From the human T2T-CHM13v2.0 reference genome, Homo sapiens: DNA of 64,000 bases. Below the pieces are notes generated by a model. The model did not search any database. It saw only the letters and a list, made by a program, of their open reading frames with translations, and was not told where the DNA came from. The DNA lies in the NCBI RefSeq assembly GCF_009914755.1, contig NC_060933.1. One strand, written 5' to 3'. Every line of letters starts with the position of its first letter. Position 1 is the stretch's first letter. Made by a program: the position numbers and the translations under genes. Shown one piece after another: positions 14,301 to 27,035 of the stretch.

Positions 14301-17300
14301 TGGAATTAAATGGAATGGAATGGAATGGAATCAACGCGAGTGCAGGGGAATGTAATGGAACGGAATGCAATGGAATGGAATCATCCGGAATGGAATGGAA
14401 TGGAATGGAATGGAATGGAATCAACCCGAGTGCAATTGAATGGAGTGGAATGGAATGGAATGGAATGGAACAACCCGAATGGAATGGAATGTAATGGAGA
14501 GTAAGGGAGTTGAATAGAATCAATCCGAATGTAATGGAATGGAATGCAACGGAATGGAATGGAATGTAATGGAATGGAATGCAATGGAATAGAATCAACC
14601 CGAGTACAATGGAATGGAATGGAATGGAATGGAATACCTTCAAACCGAATGGAATGGAAAGGAATGGAATCAACACGAGTGGAATGGAATGGAATGGAAT
14701 GGAATGGAATGGAATGGAATGATACGGAATAGAATGGAATGGAACAAAATGGAATGAAATGGAATGGAATGGAATGGAATGGAATGGAATGGAATGGAAT
14801 CGTTCCGAGTGGAATAGGAGGGAATGTATTCGAGTGGAATGGAAAGGAATGGAATCAACCAGAGTGGAATGGAAGGGAATGGAATGGAATGGAAACTAAT
14901 AGAATGGAATCAACCCGAGTGGAATGGAATGGAAAGGACAGGAATGGAAAGGAATGGAATGGAATGGAATGGAATGGAATGGAATGGAACGGAATCAACG
15001 CGAGTGCAGGGGAATGGAATAGAATCGAATGAAATGGAATGGAATGGAATGGAATCAACCCGAGTGCAGGGGAATGTAATGGAACGGAATGCAATGGAAT
15101 GGAATCATTCGGAATGGAATGGAATGGAATGGAATGGAATCAACCCGAGTGCAATGGAATGGAGTGGAATGGAATGGAATGGAATTGAAAGGAACAACCC
15201 GAATGGAATGGAATGTAATGGAGAGTAAGGGAGTTGAAAAGAATCAATCCGAATGTAATGCAATGGAATGGATCGGAATGGAATGCAATGGAATGGAATG
15301 GAATGGAATGGAATGGAATCAACCCGAGTACAATGGAATGGAATGGAATGGAATGGAATGGAATGGAATGCAATGGAATGGAATCTTCCGGAATTGAATG
15401 GAATGGAATGGAAAGGAATGGAATGCAATGGATTCAACTCGATTGCAATGGAATGGAATAGAATGGAATGGAATGGAATTAAACCGAATAGAATGGAATG
15501 GAATGGAATGGAACGGAACGGAACGGAATGGAACGGAGTGGAATGGAATGGAATGGAATTGTATGGAATGGAATGGAATGGTACGGAATAGAATGGAATG
15601 CAAAGAATTGGAATGGAATGGAATGGAATGGAATGGAATGGAATGGAATCAACCAGAGTGCAGGGGAATGTAATGGAACGGAATGCAATGGAATGGAATC
15701 ATCCGGAATGGAATGGAATGCAACGGAATGAAATGGAATGGAATGGAATGGAATGTAATGGAATGGAATCAACCCGAGTACAATGGAATGGAATGGAATG
15801 GAATGGAATGGAATGGAATGGAATGGAATGCCTTCAAACCGAATGGAATGGAAAGGAATGGAATCAACACGAATGGAATGGAATGGAATGGAATGGAATG
15901 GAATGGAATGGAATGGAATGGAATGATACGGAATAGAATGGAATGGAACGAAATGGAATGGAATGGAATGGAATGGAATGGAATGGAATGGAATGGAATG
16001 GAATCGTTCCGAGTGGAATAGGAGGGAATGTATTCGAGTGGAATGGAAAGGAATGGAATCAACCAGAGTGCAATGGAAGGGAATGGAATGGAATGGAAAC
16101 TAATAGAATGGAATCAACGCGAGTGGAATGGAATGGAAAGGACTGGAATGGAATGGAATGGAATGGAATGGAATGGAATCAACTCGATTGTAATGGAATG
16201 GAATGGAATGGAATGGAATGGAATGGAATGGAATTAACCCGAATACAATGGAATGGAATGGAATGGAATGGAATGGAGTGGAATGGAATGGAATCAACCC
16301 GAGTGCAGGGGAACGGAATGGAATGGAATGCAATGGAATGGAATCATCCGGAATGGAATGGAATGGAATGGAATGGAATCAAACCGAGTGCAATGCAATG
16401 GAGTGGAATGGAATGGAATCAACCCGAGTGCAGGGGAATGGAATGGAATGGAATGCAATGGAATGGAATCATTGGTAATGGAATGGAAAGGAATGGAATG
16501 GAATGGAATGGAATGGAATGGAATGGAATCAACACGATTGCAATCGAATGGAATGGAATGGAATTAACCCGAATAGAACGGAACGGATTGGAATAGAATG
16601 GAATTGAACGGAACGGAATGGAATGGAATGGAATGGAATGGAATGGAATGGAATCAACGTGAGTGCAGGGGAATGGAATGGAATGGAATGCAATGGAATG
16701 GAATCTTCCGGAATGGAATGGAATGGAATGGAATGGAATGAAATGCAATGGATTCAACTCGATTGCAATGGAATGGAATAGAATGGAATGGAATGGAATG
16801 GAATGGAATTAATCCGAATTGAATGGAATGGAATGTAATGGAAAGGAATGGAACGGAATGGAATGGAATGGAATGGTATGGAATGGAATGGAATGGTACG
16901 GAATAGAATGGAATGGAACGAATTGTAATGGAATGGAATTGAATGGAAAGGAATGGAATGGAATCGAATCAACGAGAGTGCAGGGGAATGTAAAGGAACG
17001 GAATGCAATGTAAAGGAATCATACGGAATGGAATGGAATGGAATGGAATGGTATGGAATCAACCCGAGTGCAATGGAATGGAGTGGAATGGAATGGAATG
17101 CAATGGAACAACCCGAATGGAATGGAATGTAATGGAGAGTAAGGGAGTTGAATAGAATCAATCCGAATGTAATGGAATGGAATGCAACGGAATGGAATGG
17201 AATGGAATGGAATGGAATGGAATGCAATGGAATGGAATCAACTTGAGTACAATGGAATGGAATGGAATGGAATGGAATGGAATGGAATGGAATAAAATGG

Positions 17301-19227
17301 AATGATACGGAATAGAATGGAATGGAACGAAATGGAATGGAATGGAAGGGAATGGAATGGAATCGTTCCGAGTGCAATAGGAGGGAATGTATTCGAGTGG
17401 AATGGAAAGGAATGTAATCAACCAGAGTGGAATGGAAGGGAATGGAATGGAATGGAAACTAATAGAATGGAATCAACCCAAGTGGAATGGAATGGAAAGG
17501 ACTGGAATGGAATGGAATGGAATGGAATCAACTCGATTGTAATGGAATGGAATGGAATGGAATGGAATGGAATGGAATGGAATGGAGTGGAATGGAATGG
17601 AATCAACCCGAGTGCAGGGGAATGGAATGGAATGGAATGCAATGCAATGGAATCATCCAGAATGGAATGGAATGGAATGGAATGCAAAGCAATGGAATCA
17701 AGTCGATTGCAATGGAATGGAATGGAATGGAAAGGAATACATTGGAATCAACCCGACTGGAATGGAATGGAAAGGACTGGAATGGAGTGGAATGGAATGG
17801 AATGGAATGGAATGGAATCAACTCGATTGGAATGGAATGGAATGGAATGGAATGGAAAAGAATTAACCCGAATAGAATGGAATGGAATGGAATGGAATGG
17901 AACGGAACGTAATGGAATGGAAAGGAATGGAATGGAATGGAATGGAATGGAATCAACCCGACTGCAGCGGAATGGAATGGAATGGAATGCAATGGAATGG
18001 ATTCAACTTGAATGGAATGGAAAGAATGGAATCAACACGAGTGGAATGGCATGCATTGGAATGGAATGGAATGGAATCAACCCGAGTACAGGGGAATGGA
18101 ATGGAATGGAATGCAATGGAATGGAATCTTCCGGAATGGAATGGAATGGAATGGAATGGAATGGAATGGAATGGAACGGAAAGGAATGGAATGGAAACGG
18201 AATGGAATGGAATGGAATGGAATGGAATGGAATGGAATGTAACGGAACAGAACGGAATGGAATGGATTGGAATGGAATGGAATGGAATGGAATGATACGG
18301 AATAGAATGGAATGGAACGAAATGGAATGGAACGGAATGGAATGGAATGGAATGGAATGGAATGGAATCGTTCCCAGTGGAATAGGAGGGAATGTATTCG
18401 AGTGGAATGGAAAGGAATGGAATCAACCAGACTGGAATGGAAGGGAATGGAATGGAATGGAAACTAATAGAATGGAATCAACCCGAGTGGAATGGAATGG
18501 AAAGGACTGGAATGGAATGGAATGGAATGGAATGGAATGGAATGGATTCAACTCGATTGTAATGGAATGGAATGGAATGGAACGGAATGGAATGGAATTA
18601 ACCCGAATACAATGGAATGGAATGGAATGGAACGGAATGGAGTGGAGTGGAATGGAATCAACCCGAGTGCAGGAGAATGGAATGGAATGGAATGCAATGG
18701 AATGGAATCATCCGGAATGGAATGGAATGGAATGGAATGCAAAGCAATGGAATCAACTAGATTGCAATGGAATGGAATGGAATGGAAAGGAATACATTGG
18801 AATCAACCCGAGTGGAATGGAATGGAAAGGACTGGAATGGAGTGGAATGGAATGGAATGGTATGGAATGGAATCAACTCGATTGGAATGGAATGGAATGG
18901 AATGGAATGGAATTAACCCGAATAGAATGGAATGGAGTGGAATGGAACGGAACGGAATGGAATGGAATGGAATGGAATGGAATCAACCCGACTGCAGGGG
19001 AATGGAATGGAATGGAATGCAATGGAATGGATTCAACTTGAATGGAATGGAAAGAATGGAATCAACACGAGTGGAATGGCATGGATTGGAATGGAATGGA
19101 ATGGAATCAACCCGAGGACAGGGGAATGGAATGGAATGGAATGCAATGGAATGGAATCATCCGTAATGGAATGGAAAGGAATGGAATGGAATGGAATGGA
19201 ATGGAATGGAATGGAATGGAATGGAAT

Positions 19228-21160
19228 CAACTCGATTGCAATCGAATGGAATGGAATGGAATTAACCCGAATAGAATGGAATGGAATGGATTGGAAGGGA
19301 ACGGAATGGAATGGAATGGAATGGAATGGAATGGAACGGAACGGAATGGAATAGAATGGAATGGAATGGAATGGAATGGAATCAACGCGAGTGCAGGGGA
19401 ATGGAATGGAATGCAATGCAATGGAAAGGAATCATCCGTAATGGAATGGAATGGAATGGAATGGAATGGAATGGAATGGAATGGAATCAAATCGATTGCA
19501 ATCGAATGGAATGGAATGGAATTAACCCGAATAGAATGGAATGGAATGGAATGGAACGGAACGGAATGGAATGGAATGGAATGGAATGGAACGGAACGGA
19601 ATGGAATAGAATGGAATGGAATGGAATGGAATGGAATCAACGCGAGTGCACGGGAATGGAATGGAATGGAATGCAATGGAATGCAATCTTCCGGAATGGA
19701 ATGGAATGGAATGGAATGGAATGAAATGCAATGGTTTCAACTCGATTGCAATGGAATGGAATAGAATGGAATGGAATGGAAAGGAATGGAATTAATCCGA
19801 ATAGAATGGAATGGAATGGAATGGAACGGAATGGAACGGAATGGAATGGAATGGAATGGTATGGAATGGAATGGAGTGGTACGGAATAGAATGGAATGGA
19901 ATGAATTGTAATGGAATGGAATTGAATGGAATGGAATGGAATGGAATGGAATCAACGCGAGTGCAGGGGAATGTAATGGAACGGAATGCAATGCAATGGA
20001 ATCATCCGGAATGGAATGGAATGGAATGGAATGGAATCAACCCGAGTGCAATGGAATGGAGTCGAATGGAATGGAATGGAATGGAACAACCCGAATGGAA
20101 TGGAATGTAATGGAGAGTAAGGGAGTTGAATAGAATCAATCCGAATGTAATGGAATGGAATGCAACGGAATGGAATGGAATGGAATGGAATCAACTCGAT
20201 TGCAATCGAATGGAATGGAATGGAATTAACCCAAATAGAATGGAATGGAATGGAATGGAAGGGAACGGAATGGAATGGAATGGAATGGAATGGAATGGAA
20301 CGGAACGGAATGGAATAGAATGGAATGGAATGGAATGGAATGGAATCAACGCGAGTGCAGGGGAATGGAATGGAATGGAATGCAATGGAAAGGAATCATC
20401 CGTAATGGAATGGAATGGAATGGAATGGAATGGAATGGAATGGAATGGAATGGAATCAAATCGATTGCAATCGAATGGAATGGAATGGAATTAACCCGAA
20501 TAGAATGGAATGGAATGGAATGGAACGGAACGGAATGGAATGGAATGGAATGGAATGGAACGGAACGGAATGGAATAGAATGGAATGGAATGGAATGGAA
20601 TGGAATCAACGCGAGTGCACGGGAATGGAATGGAATGGAATGCAATGGAATGGAATCTTCCGGAATGGAATGGAATGGAATGGAATGGAATGAAATGCAA
20701 TGGTTTCAACTCGATTGCAATGGAATGGAATAGAATGGAATGGAATGGAATGGAATGGAATTAATCCGAATAGAATGGAATGGAATGGAATGGAACGGAA
20801 TGGAACGGAATGGAATGGAATGGAATGGTATGGAATGGAATGGAATGGTACGGAATAGAATGGAATGGAAGGAATTGTAATGGAATGGAATTGAATGGAA
20901 TGGAATGGAATGGAATGGAATCAACGCGAGTGCAGGGGAATGTAATGGAACGGAATGCAATGCAATGGAATCATCCGGAATGGAATGGAATGGAATGGAA
21001 TGGAATCAACCCGAGTGCAATGGAATGGAGTCGAATGGAATGGAATGGAATGGAACAACCCGAATGGAATGGAATGTAATGGAGACTAAGGGAGTTGAAT
21101 AGAATCAATCCGAATGTAATGGAATGGAATGCAACGGAATGGAATGGAATGGAATGGAAT
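19228..21160 (+). repeat. 969 bp tandem duplication (2 copies) at the end of 15.6 kb copy 1
   Basis: Private variants CAAATCGATTGC, CGCGAGTGCACGGG, ATGGTTTCAACTCG and GGAGTCGAATGG occur twice. ORF pairs 19522/20491, 19737/20706 and 19936/20905 are offset 969. Confidence 0.92.
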
Positions 21161-24100
21161 GGAATGGAATGGAATGCAATGGAATGGAATCAACCCAAGT
21201 GCAATCGAATGGAATCGAATGGAATGGAATGCAATGGAATGGATTCAACTTGAATGGAATGGAAAGAATGGAATCAACACGAGTGGAATGGCATGGATTG
21301 GAATAGAATGGAATAGAATCAATCCGAGTACAGGGGAATGGAATGGAATGGAATGCAATGGAATGGAATCATCCGTAATGGAATGGAAAGGAATGGAATG
21401 GAATGGAATGGAACGGAATGGAATGGAATGGAATCAACTCGATTGCAATCGAATGGAATGGAATGGAATTAACCCGAATAGAATGGCATGGAATGGAATG
21501 GAACGGAACGGAATGGAATGGAATGGAATGGAATGGAATGGAACGGAACGGAATGGAACGGAATGGAATGGAATGGAATGGAATGGAATGGAATGGAATC
21601 AACGCGATTGCAGGGGAATGGAATGGAATGGAATGCAATGGAATGGAATCTTCCGGAATGGAATGGAATGGAATAGAATGGAATGAAATGCAATGGATTC
21701 AACTCGATAGCAATGGAATGGAATAGAATGGAATGGAATGGAACGGAATGGAATGGAATGGAATGGAATTAACCCGAATAGAATGGAACGGAATGGAATG
21801 GAACGGAATGGAACGGAATGGAATGGAATGGAATGCAATGGAATGGTATGGAATGGAATGGAATGGTACGGAATAGAATGGAATGGAACGAATTGTAATG
21901 GAATGGAATTGAATGGAATGGAATGGAATGGAATGGAATGGAATGGAATGGAATCATTCCGAGTGGAATAGGAGGGAATGTATTCGAGTGGAATGGAAAG
22001 GAATGGAATCAACCAGAGTGGAATGGAAAGGAATGGAATGGAATGGAAACTAAGAGAATGGAATCAACCCGGGTGGAATGGAATGGAAAGGACTGGAATG
22101 GAAAGGAATGGAATGGAATGGAATGGAATGGAATGGAATGGAATGAAATGGAATCAACGCGAGTGCAGGGGAATGGAATAGAATCGAATGGAATGGAATG
22201 GAATGGAATGGAATCAACCCGAGTACAATGGAATGGAATGGAATGGAATGGAATGGAATGGAATGGAATGGAATGCAATGGAATGGAATCTTCCGGAATT
22301 GAATGGAATGGAATGGAATGGAATGCAATGTATTCAACTCGATTGCAATGGAATGGAATAGAATGGAATGGAATGGAATTAAACCGAATAGAATGGAATG
22401 GAATGGAATGGAACGGAACGGAACGGAATGGAACGGAGTGGAATGGAATGGAATGGAATTGTATGGAATGCAATGGAATGGTACGGAATAGAATGGAATG
22501 CAAAGAATTGGAATGGAATGGAATTGAATGGAATGGAATGGAATCAACCAGAGTGCAGGGGAATGTAATGGAACGGAATGCAATGGAATGGAATCATCCG
22601 GAATGGAATGGAATGCAACGGAATGAAATGGAATGGAATGGAATGGAATGGAATGCAATGGAATGGAATCAACCCGAGTACCATGGAATGGAATGGAATG
22701 GAATGGAATGGAATGGAATGGAATGGAATGCCTTCAAACCGAATGGAATGGAAAGGAATGGAATCAACACGAATGGAATGGAATGGAATGGAATGGAATG
22801 GAATGGAATGGAATGATACGGAATAGAATGGAATGGAACGAAATGGAATGGAATGGAATGGAATGGAATGGAATGGAATGGAATGGAATGGAATCGTTCC
22901 GAGTGGAATAGGAGGGAATGTATTCGAGTGGAATGGAAAGGAATGGAATCAACAAGAGTGGAATGGCAGGGAATGGAATGGAATGGAAACTAATAGAATG
23001 GAATCAACCCGAGTGGAAAGGAATGGAAAGGACTGGAATGGAATGGAATGGAATGGAATCAACTCGATTGTAATGGAATGGAATGGAATGGAATGGAATG
23101 GAATGGAATGGAATTAACCCGAATACAATGGAATGCAATGGAATGGAACGGAATGGAGTGGCATGGAATGGAATCAAACCGAGTGCAGGGGAACGGAATG
23201 GAATGGAATGCAATGGAATGGAATCATCCGGAATGGAATGGAATGGAATGGAATGGAATCAACCCGAGTGCAATCGAATGGAGTGGAATAGAATGCAATG
23301 AACCCGAGTGCAGGGGAATGGAATGGAATGAAATGCAATGGAATGGAATCATCCGTAATGGAATGGAAAGGAATGGAATGGAATGGAATGGAATGGAATG
23401 GAATCAACACGATTGCAATCGAATGGAATGGAATGGAATTAACCCGAATAGAATGGAATGGAATGGAATGGAACGGAACGGATTGGAATAGAATGGAATT
23501 GAACGGAACGGAGTGGAATGGAATGGAATGGAATGGAATGGAATGGAATCAACGTGAGTGCAGGGGAATGGAATGGAATGGAATGCAATGGAATGGAATC
23601 TTCCGGAATGGAATGGAATGGAATGGAATGGAATGAAATGCAATGGATTCAACTCGATTGCAATGGAATGGAATAGAATGGAATGGAATGGAATGGAATG
23701 GAATTAATCCGAATTGAATGGAATGGAATGTAATGGAAAGGAATGGAACGGAATGGAATGGAATGGAATGGTATGGAATGGAATGGAATGGTACGGAATA
23801 GAATGGAATGCAACGAATTGTAATGGAATGGAATTGAATGGAAAGGAATGGAATGGAATGGAATCAACGAGAGTGCAGGGGAATGTAATGGAACGGAATG
23901 CAATGGAAAGGAATCATACGGAATGGAATGGAATGGAATGGAATGGTATGGAATCAACCCGAGTGCAATGGAATGGAGTGGAATGGAATGGAATGGAATG
24001 CAATAGAATGGAATCAACTTGAGTACAATGGAATGGAATGGAATGGAATGGAATGCAATAGAATGGAATCAACTTGAGTACAATGGAATGGAATGGAATG

Positions 24101-25997
24101 GAATGGAATGGAATGGAATAAAATGGAATGATACCGAATAGAATGGAATGGAACGAAATGGAATGGAATGGAATGGAATGGAATGGAATCGTTCCGAGTG
24201 GAATAGGAGGGAATGTATTCGAGTGGAATGGAAAGGAATGGAATCAACCAGAGTGGAATGGAAGGGAATGGAATGGAATGGAAACTAATAGAATGGAATC
24301 AACCCAAGTGGAATGGAATGGAAAGGACTGGAATGGAATGGAATGGAATAGAATCAACCCGATTGTAATGGAATGGATTGGAATGGAATGGAATGGAATG
24401 GAATGGAGTGGAATGGAATGGAATCAACCCGAGTGCAGGGGAATGGAATGGAATGGAATGCAATGGAATGGAATCATCCGGAATGGAATGGAATGCAATG
24501 GAATGCAAAGCAATGGAATCAACTCGATTGCAATGGAATGGAAAGGAATGGAAAGGAATACACTGGAATCAAGCCGACTGGAATGGAATGGAAAGGACTG
24601 GAATGGAGTGGAATGGAATGGAATGGAATGGAATGGAATCAACTCGATTGGAATGGAATGGAATGGAATGGAATGGAATGGAATGGAATGGAATTAACCC
24701 GAATAGAATGGAATGGAATGGAATGGAATGGAAAGGAATGGAAGGGAATGGAATGGAATGGAATGGAATCAACCCGACTGCAGGGGAATGGAATGGAATG
24801 GAATGCAATGGAATGGATTCAACTTGAATGGAATGGAAAGAATGGAATCAACACGAGTGGAATGGCATGGATTGGAATGGAATGGAATGGAATCAACCCG
24901 AGTACAGGGGAATGGAATGGAATGGAATGCAATGGAATGGAATCATCCGTAATAGAATGGAAAGGAATGGAATGGAATGGAACGGAAAGGAATGGAATGG
25001 AATGGAATGGAATGCAACGGAAAGGAATGGAATGGAATGGAAAGGAATGGAATGGAATGGAATGGAATGGAATCAACGCGAGTGCAGGGGAATGGAATGG
25101 AATGGAATGCAATGAAATGGAATCTTCCGGAATAGAATGGAATGGAATGCAATGGAATGGAATCAACTCGATTGCAATCGAATGGAATGGAATGGAATTA
25201 ACCCGAATAGAATGGAATGGAATGGAATGGAACGGAACGGAATGGAATGGAATGGAATGGAATGGAATGGAACGGAACGGAACGGAACGGAACGGAACGG
25301 AGTGGAATGGAATGGAATGGAATTGTATGGAATGGAATGGAATGGTACGGAATAGAATGGAATGGAAAGAATTGGAATGGAATGGAATCGAATGGAATGG
25401 AATGGAATCAACCCGAGTGCAGGGGAATGTAATGGAACGGAATGCAATGGAATGAAATCATCCGGAATGGAATGGAATGGAATGGAATGGAATGGAATGG
25501 AATGGAATGGAATGGAATGCAATGGAATCAACCCGAGTGCAATGGAATGGAGTCGAATGGAATGGAATGGAATGGAACAACCTGAATGGAATGGAATGTA
25601 ATGGAGAGTAAGGGAGTTGAATAGAATCAATCCGAATGTAATGGAATGGAACGCAATGGAATGGAATGGAATGGAATGGAATGGAATGGAATGCAATGGA
25701 ATGGAATCAACCCGAGTACAATGGAACGGAATGGAATGGAATGGAATGGAATGGAATGGAATGGAATGGAATGGAATGGAATCAACCCGAGTGCAATGGA
25801 ATGGAGAGGAATGGAATGGAATGGAATGGAAACTACCCGAATGGAATGGAATGTAATGGAGTGTAAGGGAGTTGAATAGAATCAATCCGAATGGAATGGA
25901 ATGGAATGGAACGGAATGTAATGGAATGGAATGGAATGCAATCAACCCGAGTGCAGGGGAATGGAATGGAATGGAATGCAATGGAATGGAATGGAAT

Positions 25998-27035
25998 CGT
26001 TCCGAGTGGAATAGGAGGGAATGTATTCGAGTGGCATGGAAAGGAATGGAATCAACCAGAGTGGAATGGAAGGGAATGGAATGGAATGGAAACTAATAGA
26101 ATGGAATCAACCCGAGTGGGATGGAATGGAAAGGACTGGAATAGAAAGGAATGGAATGGAATGGAGTGGAATGGAATAGAATGGAATGGAATGGAATGGA
26201 ATGGAATGGAATCAACGCGAGTGAAGGGGAATGGAATGGAATGGAATGGAATGGAATGCAATGGAATGGAATCAACCCGAGTGCAATCGAATGGAATCGA
26301 ATGGAATGGAATGCAATGGAATGGATTCAACTTGAATGGAAAGGAAAGAATGGAATCAACACGAGTGGAATGCCATGGATTGGAATGGAAAGGAATGGAA
26401 TCAACCCGAGTACAGGGGAATGGAATGGAATGGAATGCAATGGAATGGAATCATCCGTAATGGAATGGAAAGGAATGGAATGGAATGGAATGGAATGGAA
26501 TGGAATGGAATGGAATGGAATCGTTCCGAGTGGAATAGGAGGGAATGTATACGAGTGGCATGGAAAGGAATGGAATCAACCAGAGTGGAATGGAAGGGAA
26601 TGGAATGGAATGGAAACTAATACAATGGAATCAACCCGAGTGGGATGGAATGGAAAGGACTGGAATGGAAAGGAATGGAATGGAATGGAATGGAATGGAA
26701 TGGAATGGAAAGGAATGGAATGGAATGGAATCAACGCGAGTGAAGGGGAATGGAATGGAATGGAATGGAATGGAATGCAATGGAATGGAATCAACCCGAG
26801 TGCAATCGAATGGAATCGAATGGAATGGAATGCAATGGAATGGATTCAACTTGAATGGAAAGGAAAGAATGGAATCAACACGAGTGGAATGCCATGGATT
26901 GGAATGGAAAGGAATGGAATCAACCCGAGTACAGGGGAATGGAATGGAATGGAATGCAATGGAATGGAATCATCCGTAATGGAATGGAAAGGAATGGAAT
27001 GGAATGGAATGGAATGGAATGGAATGGAATGGAAT
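25998..27035 (+). repeat. 519-524 bp tandem duplication nested in 15.6 kb copy 2
   Basis: Same private variants as 10348-11380; ORFs 26336/26855 offset 519. Confidence 0.9.

Larger units (their letters stand above)
5546..21190 (+). repeat. 15.6 kb tandem duplication, copy 1 (15,645 bp)
   Basis: The ORF track repeats almost verbatim at +15,580 to +15,655 (5724/21369, 7364/23004, 10681/26336, 13846/29486, 17302/32882, 20346/35946). Rare motifs (CAACGCGATTG, CTCGATAGC, GAAACTAAGAG, CATTGGTAAT, CGTTCCCAGT, CCCGAGGACAG) recur in the same order. Confidence 0.95.

Noticed and set aside
13846-14676. Minus-strand IPFHS-repeat ORFs resembling hydrophobic or His-rich repeat proteins
   Set aside because: These are direct translations of (ATTCC)n, overlapping in all frames, with no domain content or codon structure.
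17302-19041. 579 aa ORF (and its twin 32882-34621), plus 440-462 aa ORFs at 8488 and 10241
   Set aside because: (GGAAT)n has no stop codon in any frame and supplies ATG every 5 bp, so long MEWNG ORFs arise in all three frames by construction. ORF ends shift with pentamer indels between copies (10241-11629 is split in copy 2), so no frame is conserved. Poly-WNGME translation is described for SCA31 TGGAA expansions, but nothing here supports it.
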